A stretch of DNA of 64,000 bases, taken from the NCBI RefSeq assembly GCF_002072955.1, contig NZ_LPUF01000001.1:764896-828895 (forward strand), read 5' to 3'. Below, one piece after another: positions 60,085-64,000 of the stretch; positions within the stretch are counted from its first letter, which is position 1; each line of letters starts with the position of its first letter. The position numbers and the translations under genes were made by a program. The DNA is from Methyloprofundus sedimenti (GTDB lineage Bacteria > Pseudomonadota > Gammaproteobacteria > Methylococcales > Methylomonadaceae). A model generated the notes under the pieces. That model made no database searches. It was given only the letters and a program-made list of their open reading frames with translations, and was not told the origin of the DNA.

Positions 60085-61248
60085 GTGGTGAAAACAAAGC
60101 AATTATTCGCAGGTCTGGCCCTGATGACCATTGGTCTAGGGCCGGCTCAGGCGAACTATACTCTTAACTTAATGGAGGGTGTGACATCAATTAGTCGTGA
60201 TGTATACGGTCTACATATGTTGGTGTTGTGGGTTTGTGTATTCATAGGTGTCGCAGTATTCGGTACCATGTTTTACTCAATCTATTTTCATCGTAAGTCG
60301 AGAGGATATAAAGCATCGAATTTTCATGAAAGCACCAAAGTGGAAATTCTTTGGACGATCATACCAACGGTGATTTTGATTGTGTTAGCTATTCCGGCGA
60401 CTAAAGTCATGTTGGAAATGAATGACACGAAAGATTCAGAGATGTCCATTAAAGTCACGGGCTGGCAATGGAAGTGGGAATATGAATATCTGGATAGCGG
60501 AATTCGCTTTTTTAGTAGTCTTGATGAGGCAAGTAATAAAGCACGGCAGCTTAATTCAGGTATTGATCCTCGAACAGTGCCGAATTATTTATTAGAAGTT
60601 GATAAGCCATTAGTCGTGCCTGTTAATACTAAAATTCGTTTTCTATTTACTGCTGCAGATGTTATTCACTCATGGTGGGTGCCTCAATTAGGCTGGAAAA
60701 AAGACACCATTCCAGGTTATATAAATGAATCATGGACATCAGTAGATAAAGCAGGAACCTATCGTGGGCAATGTACAGAGCTTTGTGGCAGAGATCATGG
60801 TTTTATGCCAATTGTAGTCATTGCAATGGAAAAGCCTGACTATGAAGCCTGGGTTGCCAAGCAACAAGGTATTGCAGTTGAGAATGCGGCTGCAGCTGAG
60901 AAAGATTGGTCTCAAGAAGACTTGATTGCAAAAGGTGAGAGTGTGTATGCGAATAACTGTGCATCATGCCACATGGCAGATGGCGCAGGTTTGGCAGGTA
61001 CTTTCCCTTCTATTACCGGGAGTTCAGTCGTAACGGGTGATATAAATGCTCAAGTTGAATTGATGCTCAAAGGTAAAGGTATGATGCCAGCTTTTGGGCA
61101 GATGCTAGATCCTGTTGATTTTGCTGCGGTGTCTACTTTTATTCGTAACGGTTTAGGGAATTCAGTCGGCGATTCAATTCAGCCTACAGCAATAAAATCT
61201 TTACAAGCAGCTATTCCTGCCGTCAAGTATGACGATGATGACGAATAA
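60085..61248 (+). CDS. ctaC: cytochrome c oxidase subunit II with C-terminal cytochrome c domain (caa3-type)
   Basis: GTG start 8 nt after a gaggagg RBS. CuA motifs (H..W..P, CTELCGRDHGFM). C-terminal CASCHM heme-binding motif. Confidence 0.9.
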   Translation: MVKTKQLFAGLALMTIGLGPAQANYTLNLMEGVTSISRDVYGLHMLVLWVCVFIGVAVFGTMFYSIYFHRKSRGYKASNFHESTKVEILWTIIPTVILIVLAIPATKVMLEMNDTKDSEMSIKVTGWQWKWEYEYLDSGIRFFSSLDEASNKARQLNSGIDPRTVPNYLLEVDKPLVVPVNTKIRFLFTAADVIHSWWVPQLGWKKDTIPGYINESWTSVDKAGTYRGQCTELCGRDHGFMPIVVIAMEKPDYEAWVAKQQGIAVENAAAAEKDWSQEDLIAKGESVYANNCASCHMADGAGLAGTFPSITGSSVVTGDINAQVELMLKGKGMMPAFGQMLDPVDFAAVSTFIRNGLGNSVGDSIQPTAIKSLQAAIPAVKYDDDDE

Positions 61249-61307
61249 TATATTTCATCATCGAGTATTGCATCGAATTCTATATAGTATTTTAAGAGGT
61301 ATTAATT

Positions 61308-62921
61308 ATGTCTGCTGTTGTAGCTGAGCATGAACACGATGATCATCATGATCATGGGCCTGAGAAAGGCTTATTAAGGTGGATAATTACCACCAATCAT
61401 AAAGATATTGGTACGCTGTATTTGTTATTCGCACTCGCCATGTTTTTCGTTGGCGGGACAATGGCATTGATTATACGTGCTGAATTATTTGAGCCGGGTA
61501 TGCAGTTTGTCAGCCCGCAATTCTTTAACTCAATGACCACGATGCATGCCCTGGTCATGGTATTTGGTGCAGTTATGCCAGGCTTTGTCGGCTTTGCAAA
61601 CTGGCAGATACCGTTGATGATTGGTGCGCCAGATATGGCATTACCAAGAATGAATAATATGAGTTTCTGGCTATTAGTCGCTGGGATACTTATGTTAGCC
61701 AGTACTTTATTTATGGAAGGGGGGGCACCTGCATCAGGCTGGACTTTATATCCACCTTTAGTATTGCAAACTGGCGCAGCCTTCCCTTTCGCAATTTTCT
61801 CGGTACATTTATTGGGTATCTCGTCGATTATGGGAGCGATTAATATTATCGCAACTATTTTGAATATGCGTGCACCAAAAATGACTTTGATGAAAATGCC
61901 ATTATTCGTCTGGACATGGTTGATTACTGCATTTTTATTGATTGCGATCATGCCGGTGTTTGCTGGTGCGGTAACCATGCTATTAACCGATCGTTTCTTC
62001 GATACCAGCTTTTTTGATGCGGCCGGTGGTGGTGACCCTGTGCTTTATCAACATATTTTCTGGTTCTTCGGACATCCTGAAGTGTATGTGATGATTCTGC
62101 CTACTTTTGGTATTGCTTCTACGATTATTCCAGTATTTGCGCGTAAGCCATTATTTGGTTATAGCTCTATGGTTTACGCGACAGCAGCGATTGCATTTCT
62201 ATCCTTTATCGTTTGGGCGCATCACATGTTTACTGTGGGTATGCCGATAGCAGGTGAGCTGTATTTTATGTATGCAACTATGCTCATTGCGATTCCTACT
62301 GGCGTTAAAGTGTTCAACTGGACGGCCACCATGTGGCAAGGGTCAATGACTTTTGAAACACCAATGTTATTTTCAATTGCTTTCGTAGTGTTATTCACTA
62401 TGGGTGGTTTTACCGGCTTAATGATGTCCTTGGCTCCGGTTGATTTTCAGTATCATGATACGTATTTTATCGTGGCGCATTTTCATTACACTTTAGTACC
62501 CGCTTCAATCTTTATTTTGATGGCTGGGGGTTATTTCTGGTTACCTAAATGGACTGGAAATATGTATGATGAAAGACTGGCAAAATTTCATTTCTGGTTA
62601 TCGGTCATTTCAGTAAATATCTTATTCTTTCCGCAACATTTCTTAGGCTTGGCAGGTATGCCGCGTCGTATACCAGATTATGCAGTACAGTTTACTGACT
62701 GGAATATGGTTTCCAGCATTGGTGCGTTTATATTTGGCTTTAGTCAGTTGTTATTTCTTTATATTGTGATTAAAACAATTAGGGGCGGAACCGGTGAGAA
62801 AGTTACGGATGAAGTTTGGGAAGATGCGCATAAGCATGGTTTAGAGTGGACTTTGCCTTCGCCAGTGCCATACCATACTTTTGCCACTCCACCAGAAAAG
62901 ATTCCAACTGAACACTTCTAA
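61308..62921 (+). CDS. ctaD: cytochrome c oxidase subunit I
   Basis: Heme-copper oxidase subunit I signatures ([21 protein letters not shown]). 537 aa. Confidence 0.9.
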   Translation: MSAVVAEHEHDDHHDHGPEKGLLRWIITTNHKDIGTLYLLFALAMFFVGGTMALIIRAELFEPGMQFVSPQFFNSMTTMHALVMVFGAVMPGFVGFANWQIPLMIGAPDMALPRMNNMSFWLLVAGILMLASTLFMEGGAPASGWTLYPPLVLQTGAAFPFAIFSVHLLGISSIMGAINIIATILNMRAPKMTLMKMPLFVWTWLITAFLLIAIMPVFAGAVTMLLTDRFFDTSFFDAAGGGDPVLYQHIFWFFGHPEVYVMILPTFGIASTIIPVFARKPLFGYSSMVYATAAIAFLSFIVWAHHMFTVGMPIAGELYFMYATMLIAIPTGVKVFNWTATMWQGSMTFETPMLFSIAFVVLFTMGGFTGLMMSLAPVDFQYHDTYFIVAHFHYTLVPASIFILMAGGYFWLPKWTGNMYDERLAKFHFWLSVISVNILFFPQHFLGLAGMPRRIPDYAVQFTDWNMVSSIGAFIFGFSQLLFLYIVIKTIRGGTGEKVTDEVWEDAHKHGLEWTLPSPVPYHTFATPPEKIPTEHF

Positions 62922-62982
62922 GGAGTTATGTTGCCTTTGCCTGCATCGCATTGAAAATATGCAGGCAAAGTAAGCTGAAACA

Positions 62983-63081
62983 ATGAAAACTAAAACAAAA
63001 AATATTTTGACTGCGGTCGTGTTAACGGTTGTGGTGATTACAATTTATGTTTTTGCTGTTATAAGAGTTACTTCTTCGTGA
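62983..63081 (+). CDS. small (32 aa) single-TM protein between ctaD and the cox11 gene (possible oxidase-associated small subunit)
   Basis: ATG...TGA ORF (MKTKTKNILTAVVLTVVVITIYVFAVIRVTSS) below the ORF-track cutoff. Its stop overlaps the GTG start of the cox11 gene (cGTGa). Confidence 0.35.
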   Translation: MKTKTKNILTAVVLTVVVITIYVFAVIRVTSS

Positions 63082-63605
63082 AGCCTGATTTAGAGCAGAG
63101 GAATAAAAAAACAGTACGTGCCTTGCTTCTTTTAGTGCTAATGATGTTTTTATTTGCAGTTGCCTTGATACCTTTGTACGATATTTTGTGCGAAATTACA
63201 GGCATTAATGGAAAAACCAGGCAAGAACCTTCTGCTTTAAATTATACGACTGATACACAGCGAGAGTTAGCGTTCGAATTTATTACTTCAAAAGGTGCGG
63301 GTACCCAGCTAGACTTTAAAGCGGATAAGTATCAGATAAAAGTACATCCTGGCGAAGTCATAAACATGACTTATACAGTAACTAATAAAACAGACAAACG
63401 CATGTTTGCCAAGGCAAATCCTAGTGTTACGCCAGGGCCAGCAGTGAGCTATGTTAAAAATACTAAGTGTTTTTGTTTTGCAACACAGGTTTTTGAAGCA
63501 GGAGAGACTAAGCATCTTGAGGTGCAATTAGTCGTTGATCCTGCTTTACCTAAACATTACAAAAGACTGACATTTGGACTTACATTTTATGATACTACAA
63601 ATTAA
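63078..63605 (+). CDS. ctaG: cytochrome c oxidase assembly protein CtaG/Cox11
   Basis: TM helix followed by LYDILCEITG, and Cu-binding CFCF. GTG start. Confidence 0.85.
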   Translation: MKPDLEQRNKKTVRALLLLVLMMFLFAVALIPLYDILCEITGINGKTRQEPSALNYTTDTQRELAFEFITSKGAGTQLDFKADKYQIKVHPGEVINMTYTVTNKTDKRMFAKANPSVTPGPAVSYVKNTKCFCFATQVFEAGETKHLEVQLVVDPALPKHYKRLTFGLTFYDTTN

Positions 63606-63615
63606 ATAGGGGATA

Positions 63616-64000
63616 ATGATGTCTACAGGCGCATATTACATTCCACATAAGGCAACCTGGCCGATTGCTGCAACGGCGGGTTTATTGACCTCATTAGCGG
63701 GTTTTGCAAATTACCTGAATGGTAATGCTGCAGGATCTACTTTCATGCTGCTGGGTCTGGCTATTTTTATAGTTATGCTGGGTGGCTGGTTTACGCTGCA
63801 AGCTAGTGAAAGTGAAACCGGCACATATAACCATTATGTAGGAATTTCTTACCGTATGGGGATGATGTGGTTTATCTTTTCTGAGATTATGTTTTTCGCA
63901 GTATTTTTTGGCACACTTTGGTATACGCGAAATTTATCAGCCGACTGGTTGTCAGGTATAGGTGATGGGCCAGGACGCTCTACAGCGATGTTATGGCCTT
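63616..64000 (+). CDS. ctaE: cytochrome c oxidase subunit III (5' part; continues beyond window end)
   Basis: ATG after an agggga RBS. The frame is open to the window end. IPHKATWPI and WFIFSEIMFFAVFFGTLWY motifs typical of Cox3. Confidence 0.8.
   Translation, partial: MMSTGAYYIPHKATWPIAATAGLLTSLAGFANYLNGNAAGSTFMLLGLAIFIVMLGGWFTLQASESETGTYNHYVGISYRMGMMWFIFSEIMFFAVFFGTLWYTRNLSADWLSGIGDGPGRSTAMLWP

Noticed and set aside
1-64000. tRNA, rRNA and CRISPR genes
   Set aside because: Scanning intergenic regions by eye for T-loop (GGTTCGAnTCC) or cloverleaf signatures and for short regularly spaced direct repeats found none. The only GGTTCGA occurrence is inside the deaminase coding sequence. A tRNAscan/Infernal run is still needed to be certain.

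Overview
This reads as a chromosomal segment of an AT-rich (roughly 40% GC) gammaproteobacterium, with mostly housekeeping genes and no rRNA, tRNA or CRISPR array that I could find by eye.

Confidently recognised genes, all from clear sequence motifs:
- treZ (malto-oligosyltrehalose trehalohydrolase)
- a YeaD-like hexose-6-phosphate mutarotase
- rapA (Swi/Snf-family helicase), sodB, sspA-sspB
- a metA-family homoserine O-acyltransferase
- a pap-ogt-xerD-lpxA run on the minus strand
- fdxA (7Fe ferredoxin)
- selU next to a fused FAD-oxidoreductase::SelD
- an aldehyde dehydrogenase, ispH, rraA, yegQ (trhP)
- rpsF-rpsR-(DUF2232 membrane protein)-rplI
- waaA, comF, and a complete bioBFHCD operon
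- a bacteriohemerythrin, then a caa3-type cytochrome c oxidase operon (ctaC-ctaD-small ORF-cox11-ctaE), which runs off the window end

Accessory or unusual content:
1. Two about 93% identical copies of a 178-nt structured non-coding repeat (24501-24678 and 43199-43377), each between convergent 3' gene ends. The apparent ORF in copy A is broken by a stop in copy B.
2. An intact single-ORF IS66-like insertion sequence with perfect 17-bp terminal inverted repeats (33330-34972), plus a degraded copy of the same family (8910-9960). The degraded copy sits beside an AT-rich 571-aa orphan gene that may end in a PilZ-like domain.
3. An IS110-family remnant just after bioD: a truncated N-terminal (DEDD) transposase domain and a GC-rich structured upstream leader that could encode a bridge-RNA-like ncRNA. 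It is followed by a frameshifted, 5'-truncated second copy of the bioD 3' end.
4. A glycosyltransferase family 4 (GT4) C-terminal pseudogene fragment directly upstream of treZ.
5. A giant secreted adhesin (about 1340 aa) with about 10 tandem 95-aa VCBS/cadherin-like repeats and a C-terminal PPC-like domain.
6. A tightly coupled five-gene operon of unknown function: DUF938 (methyltransferase-like), beta-carbonic-anhydrase-like, short-chain dehydrogenase (SDR), Cys-rich DUF1326 and Met-rich membrane DUF2182.
7. A GC-rich, about 160-nt structured island after rplI, which may be an ncRNA.

Coordinates for gene starts were refined from the ORF track where homology or a ribosome-binding site (RBS) supports an internal start.
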